Shown here one piece after another: positions 21,852 through 32,222 of a stretch of 64,000 bases of DNA (position 1 is the first letter of the stretch; every line of letters starts with the position of its first letter). Under the pieces are notes generated by a model that saw only the letters and a list, made by a program, of their open reading frames with translations, did not search any database and was not told the DNA's origin. This stretch comes from Acidobacteriota bacterium (GTDB taxonomy: Bacteria > Acidobacteriota > UBA6911 > RPQK01 > JAJDTT01), in contig OZ242374.1 in NCBI GenBank assembly GCA_965209055.1, forward strand, positions 3,808,001 through 3,872,000, in the 5' to 3' direction. Position numbers and translations under genes: made by a program.

Positions 21852-23504
21852 ATGATGGGATCAAATGCTGTGTCGGCGGTCCTGATTGCCGCGCTGGCGG
21901 CCACGGCATGGCTGCCCGCGGCGCCTCCTGAGGAACCGCAGGTCACGGTTGGCTGGCAGAAGCAACTGTTTCTGGACGACCGGGTCATCGACTCCACCAA
22001 ACACATCTCTCGGGTCCTCAAGGAACCGCAGCGCTGGCCGGGAAATCCGCTGATCGTCGGAGACATGCCCTGGGAGACATGGACCGTATACCTGAATGGC
22101 CGCGGCGTCCTTTACGACGATGACGAACGGCAGTTCAAGATGTGGTACCTCTCCCCGACCTTCGATGGCTCCGCTCCCAGCGGGCTGAGATACAAGGTCT
22201 GCTACGCCTTTTCCGACAACGGCGTCCAATGGACCAAACCCGATCTGGGCTTGGTGGATTGGGAGGGTTCCCGCAGTAACAACATTCTTCCCTGGGGATG
22301 GCATTGGATGCGCCGGCCCAACGTCATCCGTGATCCGCGGGATCCGGATCCTCAACACCGTTTCAAGATGCTCTACACGGATGTCATCGGCGATTGGCCG
22401 CGGACCGGCTATCGAGAGTTGGCGGGAATCACCAAGGCCACGTCCCCGGACGGAATTCACTGGCGACACAATGTGGACGGCAGGCCCTGGCGGCCGGGCG
22501 GCAACGGGACCAACGTGTTGGGCTGGGACCCGGCTGCGGGCAAATATGTCGTCTACATTCGGATGTATCCGCCCGGAGCCTCGCCTGATGAATCGCAGAT
22601 CTCCATCTTCCGTTCTACGAGTGACGACTTTCTTCGGTGGTCCAAGCCGGAGCTGGTGTTGGCTCCTGAGCGGGAAGGCCTGGACTTCAAGGGTTTTGCG
22701 GCATTGATTTACGAGCACTACTACGTCGCTTGGCTCTGGGTGTGGAAAGGCCGGGAATCGCATTTCGAGCTGGCGGCCAGCCGCGACGGGCTCGAGTGGC
22801 AACGGATCTTTCCGGGGACGGTTGCGTTCCCTCTCGGGGCACCCGGGACGTGGGACTCTGCCATGGTCTCCCTGAACACGCCCATCGTCCGTGACGGGCT
22901 GATCTGGATCTACTACGGAGCTTGGAATCATCCTTACCGGCGGGAGGCAATGGAGCGGGTGCAGCAAGATTGGATCGAAGCAGGGAATCGGATGCAGAGA
23001 GCCATCGGTTTGGCGACGCTTCGACTGGACGGTTTCGTATCCCTGTCGGCGACTGGAAGTCCTGGGAGGGTAACGACGAAGACCTTTCGCTTGCCGGGAG
23101 GGTCCTTGTTCGTGAACGCCGATGTTCGGGGTGAGCTGAGAGCCGAGTTCCTGGACTCGGAGGGACGGGTTCTTGCCGGCTATTCCGCTGAAGACTGTGT
23201 TCCGATTCGCACCGACGGGATCCGTCAGATGATCCGCTGGGACCTGTCCTTCCAACTGGATTCGTTGCAAGGCCGGGCTGTACGGCTGCGTTTCCACATG
23301 CGCGAAGCGGACCTGTATGCCTTCTGGTTCCAGCCCCACGCCGGCATGGGGAGGCGGCATTCTTGCCGCCGATTGGAACGGCTCGAATGGGCCCATTTAA
23401 ACAGACAAGAATCCATATTTAAAAATGCGAATTGTGACTGTTATAGAAATGTTTATGATATAGGCAATCGCGTCTCCTATAATAAATTGCGGAAAAATAA
23501 GTAG
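21852..23504 (+). CDS. GH32/GH130-like five-bladed beta-propeller hydrolase
   Basis: QLFLDD, FKMWY, YAFSDNGVQWTKPDLG, SPDGIHW, ASRDGLEW, LRLDGFVSL. Confidence 0.75.
   Translation: MMGSNAVSAVLIAALAATAWLPAAPPEEPQVTVGWQKQLFLDDRVIDSTKHISRVLKEPQRWPGNPLIVGDMPWETWTVYLNGRGVLYDDDERQFKMWYLSPTFDGSAPSGLRYKVCYAFSDNGVQWTKPDLGLVDWEGSRSNNILPWGWHWMRRPNVIRDPRDPDPQHRFKMLYTDVIGDWPRTGYRELAGITKATSPDGIHWRHNVDGRPWRPGGNGTNVLGWDPAAGKYVVYIRMYPPGASPDESQISIFRSTSDDFLRWSKPELVLAPEREGLDFKGFAALIYEHYYVAWLWVWKGRESHFELAASRDGLEWQRIFPGTVAFPLGAPGTWDSAMVSLNTPIVRDGLIWIYYGAWNHPYRREAMERVQQDWIEAGNRMQRAIGLATLRLDGFVSLSATGSPGRVTTKTFRLPGGSLFVNADVRGELRAEFLDSEGRVLAGYSAEDCVPIRTDGIRQMIRWDLSFQLDSLQGRAVRLRFHMREADLYAFWFQPHAGMGRRHSCRRLERLEWAHLNRQESIFKNANCDCYRNVYDIGNRVSYNKLRKNK
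23348..23371. repeat. REP palindrome inside 3' end of hydrolase ORF
   Basis: GGGGAGGCGGCATTCTTGCCGCCG. Confidence 0.55.
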
Positions 23505-23625
23505 AGAACTCGATTGATTTGTTTAGCTTAGTACCGCGAAATGAAGGGAGATTCGTATTTGACCTCCCAAGCCATGCTCTATCGTCCGGGGATCCGGGAG
23601 ACCACAAACACGCCACGTATAGCCA

Positions 23626-26043
23626 TTACTGATCGGCTTGCCGGGCCATCCGGTAGCCGACCTGGCGCTCATTGAAAATGTAGGTCGGGTTGGCCGCGTC
23701 ATCGCCCAGCTTCTGGCGGAGCTTTCTCACGAACGCGCGCAGCGTCCGGGAGTCGCTGGTGTCCCGCCGGCCCCACACCTGCCGTAACAGCGACTGATAC
23801 GTTACTGTCCGGCCTGCGTTGACCGACAGCGTTCGGAGCAACTTGTATTCTATGGCGGTCATCCGCACCGGCTGGCCTGACAGGGTCACCTGGCGGTCCT
23901 CATAGTGAATGGCCAACTCTCCCAATTGGAAGGTCTTGGGCGCCTCGCCGCGGCGGCGTAAAGCTGCCCGGACTCTCGCCAACAACTCTGTTTGAGAGAA
24001 GGGCTTGACGATGTAATCGGCAGCTCCCATCTCGAAGGCTTTGGCGATCAGCTCGTCCCTTCCGTAGCCGGAAATGAAGATAACCGGCAGACGCGCCATC
24101 TCAGGGATGCGTTTCATCAATTCAATTCCATCGGTTCCCGGGAGCATCAGATCCATCAGGACCAAGCGGGGCTGCTCCGTGGTGACGAGGTGATCCACCC
24201 GATCCGGGTCTCCCGTCATGAGTGGGGAGTAACCTTCCGTCACCAGGGCGTCCCGAACGTAGCGGAGCGTCTGCGGATCGTCGTCCACCACCAGGATTTG
24301 CGATTGTCCCAATCCCTCCGGGGCTGAGCGGGGAGAATAGAGGTCGAATCCTGCCGCGGCAGCGGTTCTGGTCTCCTTGGCCACCGGAATAGTGAAGGTA
24401 AAGCACGCGCCCAGGTCTTCCCCGCCACTCTCCGCTCGGATGCGCCCCCCGTGGGCTTCCACCAGTGCCTTGCAGATGGCCAGTCCCAGCCCGGATCCTC
24501 CGATCCCGCGTTCGCTGCCGCCGACGCGCGTGTACTTGCTAAACAGGTGCGGCAGCAGTTCCTGTGGCACGCCCTTGCCTTTATCCGTTATCGAGATCGC
24601 TACGAACAGGTCGTTCCGTTCCGCGTCGACGCGTATTGGGAAGGACTGGGGAGAGTGCTTGGCCGCGTTGGAGAAGAGGTTGTTCAAGACTTGGACGATG
24701 CGCTGCCGGTCAGCCATCACCCAAGGCAGGTCGGGAGGCAGGTCAATGTGGATGCCGTGCTTGCCGCCTCCACTCAAAAAGGTGGTCCTGGCCTGATCCA
24801 CCAAGCTGGCTACCTCTGTGGGAACGGGGTTCACCGACAACGTGCCCGTCTCGATGCGCCCGGCATCGAGCAGGTCGTTCAGCAGGTCGTTCATATGATC
24901 GGCCTGCTGCTCGATGATACGGAGGAACTGCTGAACTACGGCCGGATCCACGGCTCCGGAGGCATGTACCGCAGTGGCGGCCGATCCCTTGATGGACGTC
25001 AACGGAGCCCGCAACTCGTGCGTCACCATACCCAGGAACTCGGACCGCAAACGCTCCAGTTCCTGGATCGGCGCCAGATCCTGCAGGGTGACGACCACGG
25101 ATTCGATAATGCCGTCCCGGGATCGGATCGGGGTAACGTTCACCAACGTTGTGACACTGCGCCCGTCGGGAACCTGGAGAACCATCTCCTCGGCGCGCAC
25201 CGTCGTGGCCGTACTCAGCGTCTGCGCCAGTGGATGCTTTTCCAGAGAAACCTCTTGCCCGTCGGCGCGCCGACAGGTGACGATCTCCAGCAAGCGCTCT
25301 GGGGGATGGCCCGGTGGTAGCAGAAGTTCCACAAGCCGCTTCGTCTCCCGATTGAACAACACTGGCTTGCCGGTCCTGGCATTAAAGACCGCAACACCCA
25401 CCGGCGAGGTGTCGACCAGTGCTTCCAAGTCGGCCCGCGCCCGCTGCTCGTCCCGGTGCGTACGGGCATTGGCGATTGCCGTCGCCGCCTGGGCGCCGAA
25501 CATCACCAGCATCTCCTCGTCCTCACTCGTGAACTCCCGTCCCCCTTCCTTCTGGCTGAGAAAGAAAGTGCCCATGTGCACGCCCCGGTGACGCATCGGC
25601 GTGCATTGCAATGTGGTTGGCAGCGACCGGTCCGGCGAAAACCCGAGCGACCGGACATAGCCGGGAAGGTCACGTAATCGCAATGTTTCCGGAATGTTCT
25701 GGAAGTGTTCGAAAAGCCGCAATCCGTCAGCCCAATTCTCAATCTGTTGCTGCTCGTCGGAAGTGTAGCCGGACGTGACGTAGTCCTGAACTTGCCCCGA
25801 GTTGTCGATGGTAACAATCACACCGTAACGAGCACGGGTGAGGACGCGGGCGCTTTCCACGACCTCATGCAGAACGGTGTTGACATCGAGGCTTGAGCTA
25901 ATGCGCAGGATAGCCGAACTCAGTCTGGAGTTTCGTTCCCGAAGTACTTCGATTTGTCGTCTCAGATCGTCGGGACTGGCCAATGGTTCATCCTCACCGG
26001 AAATTGGAGCGAGACTCGATTCGGTTCCGCCGAACATCGCCAA
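23626..26043 (-). CDS. Hybrid GAF-PAS-HisKA-HATPase-REC-OmpR-type wHTH signalling protein, copy 1
   Basis: H-box THELRAPLTSIKG, N/G boxes, REC VVDDD..MDL..KPF, wHTH LRQKLGDDAANPTYIFNERQVGY. Confidence 0.9.
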   Translation of the reverse strand: MAMFGGTESSLAPISGEDEPLASPDDLRRQIEVLRERNSRLSSAILRISSSLDVNTVLHEVVESARVLTRARYGVIVTIDNSGQVQDYVTSGYTSDEQQQIENWADGLRLFEHFQNIPETLRLRDLPGYVRSLGFSPDRSLPTTLQCTPMRHRGVHMGTFFLSQKEGGREFTSEDEEMLVMFGAQAATAIANARTHRDEQRARADLEALVDTSPVGVAVFNARTGKPVLFNRETKRLVELLLPPGHPPERLLEIVTCRRADGQEVSLEKHPLAQTLSTATTVRAEEMVLQVPDGRSVTTLVNVTPIRSRDGIIESVVVTLQDLAPIQELERLRSEFLGMVTHELRAPLTSIKGSAATAVHASGAVDPAVVQQFLRIIEQQADHMNDLLNDLLDAGRIETGTLSVNPVPTEVASLVDQARTTFLSGGGKHGIHIDLPPDLPWVMADRQRIVQVLNNLFSNAAKHSPQSFPIRVDAERNDLFVAISITDKGKGVPQELLPHLFSKYTRVGGSERGIGGSGLGLAICKALVEAHGGRIRAESGGEDLGACFTFTIPVAKETRTAAAAGFDLYSPRSAPEGLGQSQILVVDDDPQTLRYVRDALVTEGYSPLMTGDPDRVDHLVTTEQPRLVLMDLMLPGTDGIELMKRIPEMARLPVIFISGYGRDELIAKAFEMGAADYIVKPFSQTELLARVRAALRRRGEAPKTFQLGELAIHYEDRQVTLSGQPVRMTAIEYKLLRTLSVNAGRTVTYQSLLRQVWGRRDTSDSRTLRAFVRKLRQKLGDDAANPTYIFNERQVGYRMARQADQ

Positions 26044-26105
26044 ATCGAAAAACTCAGTGTCGAATGTACTGAAGTCGGCGACCCAAATTATAGGTTACCC
26101 CCGTG

Positions 26106-26158
26106 TAAGTTAACCGTAATTTCACAGAATTCACCTTAATTTTCGCGCTAATTTCACC
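26106..26158. promoter_or_regulatory. Tandem 10-12-bp-period direct repeats, putative wHTH binding boxes
   Basis: TAAGTTAACC, TAATTTCACA, GAATTCACCT, TAATTTTCGC, TAATTTCACC at 26106/26117/26127/26137/26149, between divergent genes. Confidence 0.55.
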
Positions 26159-26164
26159 GGGTCG

Positions 26165-26542
26165 TTGCGATACTTGATTCCGGTCTTGCGTTTGGTCTCT
26201 TGTGGGAGTTTTTCAGGAAGGGGCGTGTTTGTGCGTACGATATTCCTGATCGCTCACATCCATATCCTGTTGTCGGCAGCCACGCCGGTGGAAGCCCAAC
26301 TACCTCCCGAGATTCTCGCCGACTCTTACCTGTTGCAGGTGGAGCAGGCCGTCCTCGATGGAGACCCCAAGCGAGCCTGGGGCACGATACAAAAGGTCAT
26401 AGTCTTGCGAAGGGACCACAATCCGGAGCTGTCCGAGTTCCATCCGGATCCTCCAGAGGGCCGGGAGACCATGAACACGGCAACGGCGGCGTTTACGCGT
26501 CACTCTGCCGTGGCATGCGGTAACCGACTTGACGCTCGGTGA
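26165..26542 (+). pseudogene. Truncated secreted protein (signal peptide + QLPPEILADSYLLQ helical N-domain)
   Basis: Signal peptide ending VEA-Q; protein-like until ~ELSEFH, then runs into the 3' end of the convergent kinase. Confidence 0.5.
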
Positions 26543-29015
26543 AGATGTAGGTTGGGCTGGCCGCATCGTCGCCGAACTTTTGTCGGAGCTTCCTCACGAA
26601 GGTCCGGACCGTCCGGGAGTCGCTGGTGTCCCGCCGGCCCCACACCTGCCGTAACAATGCCCCATACGTTATTGTCCGGCCCGCATTTACCGACAGCGTT
26701 CGGAGCAACTCGTATTCAATGGCCGTCAGACGTACCGGTCGGCCTGACAGGGTCACCCGGCGATCCTCGTAGTGGATGGCCAACTCGCCCAATTGGAAGG
26801 ATCTGGGCGGCTCGCCGCGGCGGCGCAGAGCCGCGTGGACTCTTGCCACCAGCTCCGCTGGGGAGAAGGGCTTGACGATGTAGTCGGCGGCTCCCATCTC
26901 CAGGGCTTTGGCGATCATTTCGTCCCTTCCGTAGCCGGAGATGAAGATGACCGGCACACGGGCCATCTCGGGGATGCGTTCCATCAACTCGAATCCGTCG
27001 GTTCCAGGGAGTATCAGGTCCATCAGGACCAGCCGGGGCTGCTCCGTCGTGACGAGGTGAGGGACCTCTTCCGGGTCGCCCGTCATGAGCAGATGGTAAC
27101 CGGCCGTTACGAGAGAGTCCCGAACGTACCGGAGCGTCTGCGGATCATCGTCAACCACCAGGATTTGTGTTTTCCCTCTTTCCTCCCGAGGCAAACGAGA
27201 TAGACTCCGCGCGAAATCGGTCGCACCGCCGGTTCCGGTCTCTTCGGCCAGGGGAAGTGTGAAGGTAAGGCGCGCACCCAGACCCTCCCCGCCACTTTCC
27301 GCCCGGATGCGCCCCCCCTGAGCTTCCACCAGTCCCTTGCAGATGGCCAATCCCAGCCCGGTACCTCCGATTCCGCGGTCGCTGCCGCCGACACGCGTGT
27401 ACTTGCGGAACAGGTACGGCAGCATTTCCGGGGGCACCCCCTTGCCTTCGTCCGATACCGAGATCGCTACCTGGAAGTCCTGCCATTCCGCAGCGACCCG
27501 AATAGGAAAGGACTGGGGAGAGTGCTTGGCCGCGTTGGAGAAGAGGTTGTTCAAGACTTGGACGATACGCTTCCGGTCGGCCATCACCCAAGGCAGGTCA
27601 GGAGGCAGGTCGACTTGGATGGGATGCTTGCCGCCTCCGGTCGAAAACGTGTTCCTGGCTTGGTCCACCAAGCTGGCTACATCTGTAGGAACGGGGATCA
27701 CCGACAACGTGCCCGTCTCGATGCGCCCCGCATCCAGCAAGTCGTTGAGCAGGTCGTTCATGTGGTCGGCCTGCTGGTCGATGATGCGAAGGAAATGCTG
27801 AACGACGGTCGGATCTGGAGTCGCCGGGGCTAGTGCGGAGTTGGCCGATCCCTTGATGGAAGTCAGCGGAGCCCGCAACTCGTGGCTCACCATTCCCAGG
27901 AACTCGGTTCGCAATCGCTCCAGTTCCTCAATCGGCGCCATGTCCTGCACCGTGACGACCACCGACTCGTTCGTCCCGTCCTCGGACCGGATCGGCGTAG
28001 CGTTCATCAGTGTCGTGATACTCCGGCCGTCGGGGACTTGGATGACGGTTTCCTCGGCGCGTATTGCAGAAGCGTTGCTCAGTGCTTGCGCCACAGAAAG
28101 CTCTTCCAGCGAGATTTCCCATCCGTCCGGGCGGCTCAGAGTCACTGTCTCAAGTAGTTCCTCCACGGGGTGGCCCGGCGTGACCAAGCCTTGGACGATC
28201 CGCTTCATCTCCCGGTTGTATGAGACCGGCTTGCCGGTCTTGGCATCGAAGACCACCACCCCGACGGGCGAGATGTCGACCAGGGCCTCCAGATCGGCGC
28301 GGGCCCGTTGCTCGTTTCGGAACGCACGGGCGTTCGCAATCGCGGTCGCCGCCTGAGATCCGAACATCACCAGAACCTCTTCGTCCTCGCTCGTGAACTC
28401 CCGGCCCCCTTCCTTATCGCTTAGAAAGAAAGTGCCCACATACACACCCCGATGACGCATCGGGGTGCATTGAAAGGTCTTCCCCATTGCAAGATTTGCC
28501 GAATAACCCAGCGACCGGACATAGCCGGGCAAGTCTCGTAGTCGTAATGCCTCCGGGAGGTCCCGGAAGTGTTCGAAGATATGCACTCCGTCGGGGGAGT
28601 TCTCAAGCAGTTGCTGCTGGTCAGGGTTGAGGCCGGAAATGACACAGTCCTGCACCTGTCCCGAGTCATCGATGGTCACAATCACGCCGTTGCCGGCACG
28701 GGTCAGAGCGCGGGCGCTCTCCAGGACCTCCCGAAGGACGGTGTTGACGTCGAGGCTTGAGTTGATGCGCAGGATCGCCGAACCTAGTCTGGAGATCCTT
28801 TCCCGCAGTATTTTGTTCTCTCGTCTCAACTCGTCAGGACTTGTCATTTTCCCATCCTCGCCGGATCTCGAAACGGGACTCACCTGAACTTCGTCAACCG
28901 TCGCACCGCGGAGAACACCGGTTGGGAACATTGTGAACTCGTCAGGCATCGTTAGTGGAGTAGTGGCATGCGACAATAATTCAGAATTCATGATCCGGAC
29001 CTGCTCGTTCACCAA
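26493..29015 (-). CDS. Hybrid GAF-PAS-HisKA-HATPase-REC-wHTH protein, copy 2 (start uncertain)
   Basis: SHELRAPLTSIKG; colinear paralog of 23626-26043. Confidence 0.9.
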   Translation of the reverse strand: MVNEQVRIMNSELLSHATTPLTMPDEFTMFPTGVLRGATVDEVQVSPVSRSGEDGKMTSPDELRRENKILRERISRLGSAILRINSSLDVNTVLREVLESARALTRAGNGVIVTIDDSGQVQDCVISGLNPDQQQLLENSPDGVHIFEHFRDLPEALRLRDLPGYVRSLGYSANLAMGKTFQCTPMRHRGVYVGTFFLSDKEGGREFTSEDEEVLVMFGSQAATAIANARAFRNEQRARADLEALVDISPVGVVVFDAKTGKPVSYNREMKRIVQGLVTPGHPVEELLETVTLSRPDGWEISLEELSVAQALSNASAIRAEETVIQVPDGRSITTLMNATPIRSEDGTNESVVVTVQDMAPIEELERLRTEFLGMVSHELRAPLTSIKGSANSALAPATPDPTVVQHFLRIIDQQADHMNDLLNDLLDAGRIETGTLSVIPVPTDVASLVDQARNTFSTGGGKHPIQVDLPPDLPWVMADRKRIVQVLNNLFSNAAKHSPQSFPIRVAAEWQDFQVAISVSDEGKGVPPEMLPYLFRKYTRVGGSDRGIGGTGLGLAICKGLVEAQGGRIRAESGGEGLGARLTFTLPLAEETGTGGATDFARSLSRLPREERGKTQILVVDDDPQTLRYVRDSLVTAGYHLLMTGDPEEVPHLVTTEQPRLVLMDLILPGTDGFELMERIPEMARVPVIFISGYGRDEMIAKALEMGAADYIVKPFSPAELVARVHAALRRRGEPPRSFQLGELAIHYEDRRVTLSGRPVRLTAIEYELLRTLSVNAGRTITYGALLRQVWGRRDTSDSRTVRTFVRKLRQKFGDDAASPTYIFTERQVGYRMPRQSDA

Positions 29016-29254
29016 CAGTTCACGCAGTCGCGTTCTCGCGAGCGTGGAATTAGCGGGGTGGGTGGCCGTTGGATTCAGAGTAGGGGGAACCTGGACACGG
29101 CGCTGCCAAGCTGCAATGAAACGCAGTAAAAGGATTGGCGCGCATCGTCAGCATGATCCGGGCCTGAACTTTCCCTATTATTCTGGAGCTTCAGGAACAT
29201 AGGGCACTACTGATCAGGGATAAAAAACCAAAGCGCACATGAAAGGGAGCCAGG

Positions 29255-30040
29255 TTGATGATTAGAGGAAGTATGGCACTTGCGCTGTTTTGCATCGCGG
29301 CCCTTGCCGCTGGCGTGCCCGGACAGGAGGACTGGGAGGAAGGGCGCCGGCATTTCGGCAATGAGGACTACAAGCGCGCCCAAAAATCGCTGGAGCAAGC
29401 CGTGCGCAAGAATCCCGGCAGCTCGAAATTCCATTTCTGGCTGGGACTCGCCATGGGGCGAAGGGCCGAAAGTATGACGGGTTTCGGCCGTTTCCGGGCG
29501 ATGGGCCTGGCGAAGAAAGTCAAGGTGCAGTTCGAACGCGCCGTGCAACTCGACGGTTCGAATCTTGACGCTTTGGAAGCCCTCCAGAACTTCCACCTCA
29601 AAGCTCCCGGCATCGTGGGCGGAAACAAGGCGGAAGCTCGGAAGTTGGCCGATCGGATCAAACAGCTTGACAAGGCGCGAGGCGCCATCGCCTGGGCCCG
29701 CTGCTACAAACATGACAAGGACTTCGAGAATGCAGCCGCGCAGTATGCCTTGGCCCGCAAACTTGCTCCGGACAACACCGAATGCTTGGCTGAGCACGCC
29801 GCTTTCCTCTCCACGCGTCGCCAGCATGGGGAGAGCGACGAACTCTTCGACGCCGCGTTCGAACGGGATCCCGACAACCGCAAACTTTGGCTGACTGCGG
29901 CCAAATCGTGGATCGAAGCGAAGCGCTCATCCCTGTATCCGAGAGCGCGGAAGCTGCTGGAACGTTTTCTCGAGAACGCGAAATCGGTCCCGAACCTGGA
30001 CACCCCGTCTCAGGTCCGCAAGCTGTTGAAAAAGCTCTGA
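29255..30040 (+). CDS. Secreted tetratricopeptide-repeat protein
   Basis: Signal peptide; TPR-like helices; FERAVQLD...APGIVGG. Confidence 0.75.
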   Translation: MMIRGSMALALFCIAALAAGVPGQEDWEEGRRHFGNEDYKRAQKSLEQAVRKNPGSSKFHFWLGLAMGRRAESMTGFGRFRAMGLAKKVKVQFERAVQLDGSNLDALEALQNFHLKAPGIVGGNKAEARKLADRIKQLDKARGAIAWARCYKHDKDFENAAAQYALARKLAPDNTECLAEHAAFLSTRRQHGESDELFDAAFERDPDNRKLWLTAAKSWIEAKRSSLYPRARKLLERFLENAKSVPNLDTPSQVRKLLKKL

Positions 30041-30130
30041 GGGCCGGCAGAGGTGCAGTGCCCGACAGCGTACGTGCTCGTAGAGTCGGACTCCTGAAAT
30101 TTGAAGCGTGTAAGATTTTCGCCTGACACC

Positions 30131-30367
30131 ATGCGGATCGCCATCAACATTCCGACGTCGATTTTGAAAGAGTTGAAGAGCATTCAGACAAAGGAAGGGG
30201 GTACATTGGACGAACTGGTCACCGGATTCTTGGCCGAGGGGCTCCGCGCGCGCTACGCTGGCCAAACCGATCCTGAACTTGACTGGAAGAGCAAATCGAT
30301 GCGCGCACGCGTAGACTTGACCGAGAAGGAGGCTGTCTACGCGATCATCGCTGCCGACGCATCTTAG
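30131..30367 (+). CDS. VapB-like antitoxin
   Basis: MRIAINIPTSILKELK; C-terminal W..KSMRARVDLTEKEAVY; followed by VapC remnant. Confidence 0.75.
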   Translation: MRIAINIPTSILKELKSIQTKEGGTLDELVTGFLAEGLRARYAGQTDPELDWKSKSMRARVDLTEKEAVYAIIAADAS

Positions 30368-30519
30368 ACTACACCATTGAAATCGTTGCGCGTGGCAACT
30401 TGGTGCCGGACGGACACGTGGCAACGCTGGCAAGAGTACATGGCGTCCGTGCCATCTACACTCACGATCGGGACTTCAGGAAATTCCCGTTTCTCAAAGT
30501 GGTCGATCCGGTTGCATAA
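30364..30519 (+). pseudogene. VapC/PIN toxin remnant with internal deletion
   Basis: Frame reads LDYTIEIVARGNLVPDGHVATLARVHGVRAIYTHDRDFRKFPFLKVVDPVA*, the C-terminal third of a VapC. Confidence 0.75.
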
Positions 30520-30579
30520 CAGCCCGTGGTAAAAGTCGTCACGGCATTCGACCGTCCCTGCATCCCGGCGGGCTGCATT
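30519..30579. mobile_element. Left half of palindromic MITE, ending in attL core
   Basis: TA|ACAGCCCGTGGTAAAAGTC inverted relative to 40509-40527 (17/19); core CCGGCGGGCTGCATT at 30565-30579. Confidence 0.7.
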
Positions 30580-30733
30580 TTACGGGCTAGCCATGTCGTC
30601 TATTTATGTCCAGTACTGTACATAAGTGTCTGTTTATTATTGATTTATAAGGAGTTCGGGCGTCCGACGGTGTCCCATACCGATCCGCTTCGTCCCCTTG
30701 CATCCACGATATTATGGGGGTATAGTGGTGGGT

Positions 30734-31957
30734 ATGACACTTGTGAAACGTCCCCCGAAACGCAAGCCGCGCGGGCGGCATCCCCTCAACGCCCTGACAC
30801 CGGTCTTTGTCCGCAACGTGAACCAGGCCGGACGCTACTGCGACGGCCAGGGCCTCTATCTCGACGTCCGGCCCACGGGCAGCCGGGGCTGGATTCAACG
30901 CCTCACCATCCGTGGCCGCCGAGCCGAGCTCGGACTCGGTGGTTACCCCCTGGTCTCGCTCAAGGAAGCGCGCGAGAAGGCGTTCGCCAACCGCAAGCTG
31001 GCCCGCGAGGGAGGCGACCCCCGGGCCGAAAAGCGGGAGTCTGTGGCGATGCCCACGTTCGCGGACGCCACCCGGACGGTCTGGAAGCAACTGCGGCCGG
31101 GCTGGCGCTCCTCCCGCCATGCGCGGCTCTGGCTGGGGAGCCTGGAGCACCACGCCTTTCCCCGCATCGGTGAGATGCCGGTTGCGGAGGTGACGAGTGC
31201 CGACGTGATCGGAATCCTCGCTCCGATCTGGCACGAGAAGGCGTCCACCGCCCGGAAGCTGCGCCAGCGCATCCGCGCGGTCCTGGAGTGGGCCGTGGCG
31301 ATGGATCTTCGGCCCGACAACCCCTGTGACCGGATCGGCCCGGTGCTTGGTGCGCAGGGGAAGGTAGTGCGTCACATGCGGGCGTTGCCCCACCGCGAGG
31401 TGGCAGCCGCACTTGAGTCGGTGCAGGGGTCCAACGCGCGGCCGGTGTTGAAGCTGGCCTTCGAGTTCCTGGTGCTGACGGCGACACGCTCCGGCGAGGT
31501 CCGCAGGGCCGCGTGGACGGAGATCGACCGGGAGGAGGGAGTATGGACCATTCCGGCCGCGCGGACGAAGGGGAATCGGGAGCATCGGGTCCCGCTCAGT
31601 CGTCGTTCGTTGGAGATCCTCAATCAGGTGCGGTCGGTCGGTGGCGTTGGCCCATTCGTGTTTCCGAGCGTGCGCGGCAAGCCAGTCGGAAACACGGCGA
31701 TGGCGGAGCTGCTCCGGAGGTTGGGGATCGCGGCGGTACCGCACGGCTTCCGGTCGAGTTTCCGGGACTGGGCGGCGGAGGAGACGGATCATCCGCGCGA
31801 GGTGGCGGAGGCGGCGCTGGCGCACAAGGTGCGCAACCCGATCGAGGCGGCCTACCGGCGCACGGACCTGTTCGAGCGCCGGCGTCGGCTCATGGACGAA
31901 TGGGCGGACTACCTGGCTGGCGAGAGTCGAAACCCGGCGGCCGTCCGGCTCCGTTGA
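30734..31957 (+). CDS. P4-like tyrosine recombinase/integrase with N-terminal arm-binding domain
   Basis: DGQGLYL..GLGGYPLVSLKEARE; catalytic TATRSGE, HGFRSSF, LAH, AAYRR; upstream TGGGGGTATAGTGGTGGGTAT arm-type repeats. Confidence 0.95.
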   Translation: MTLVKRPPKRKPRGRHPLNALTPVFVRNVNQAGRYCDGQGLYLDVRPTGSRGWIQRLTIRGRRAELGLGGYPLVSLKEAREKAFANRKLAREGGDPRAEKRESVAMPTFADATRTVWKQLRPGWRSSRHARLWLGSLEHHAFPRIGEMPVAEVTSADVIGILAPIWHEKASTARKLRQRIRAVLEWAVAMDLRPDNPCDRIGPVLGAQGKVVRHMRALPHREVAAALESVQGSNARPVLKLAFEFLVLTATRSGEVRRAAWTEIDREEGVWTIPAARTKGNREHRVPLSRRSLEILNQVRSVGGVGPFVFPSVRGKPVGNTAMAELLRRLGIAAVPHGFRSSFRDWAAEETDHPREVAEAALAHKVRNPIEAAYRRTDLFERRRRLMDEWADYLAGESRNPAAVRLR

Positions 31958-32222
31958 TCCGCCGTGCGTAGAGCGCCAGCTTGAAAGCCTGCGCGAAGCC
32001 ATAGCCCGCCGATTCGCCGCCTGAAACCCACTCAGGCGCAGTCTTCGAGAATTCCCGAAAAAACAAGCCCGCCATTTCGCCTGTGTTGGCTTGGTGAGAC
32101 CGGGCCAAGGGTTCGGGATAGGCCGTTGGACGTTATCCTCTCCCATGCGGGGCATTCTCTCACGACAGACTGGAATTCTCCTTTCCCCATCTTCGCAGAG
32201 GCCTTCCCGCAGGGATCAATGA

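Noticed and set aside
23390-23620. AT-rich patch between convergent genes
   Set aside because: No clear repeat, RNA structure or ORF; probably a remnant.
30500-30730. tRNA/tmRNA at the integrase att site
   Set aside because: No cloverleaf, T-loop or CCA end visible at either island end.
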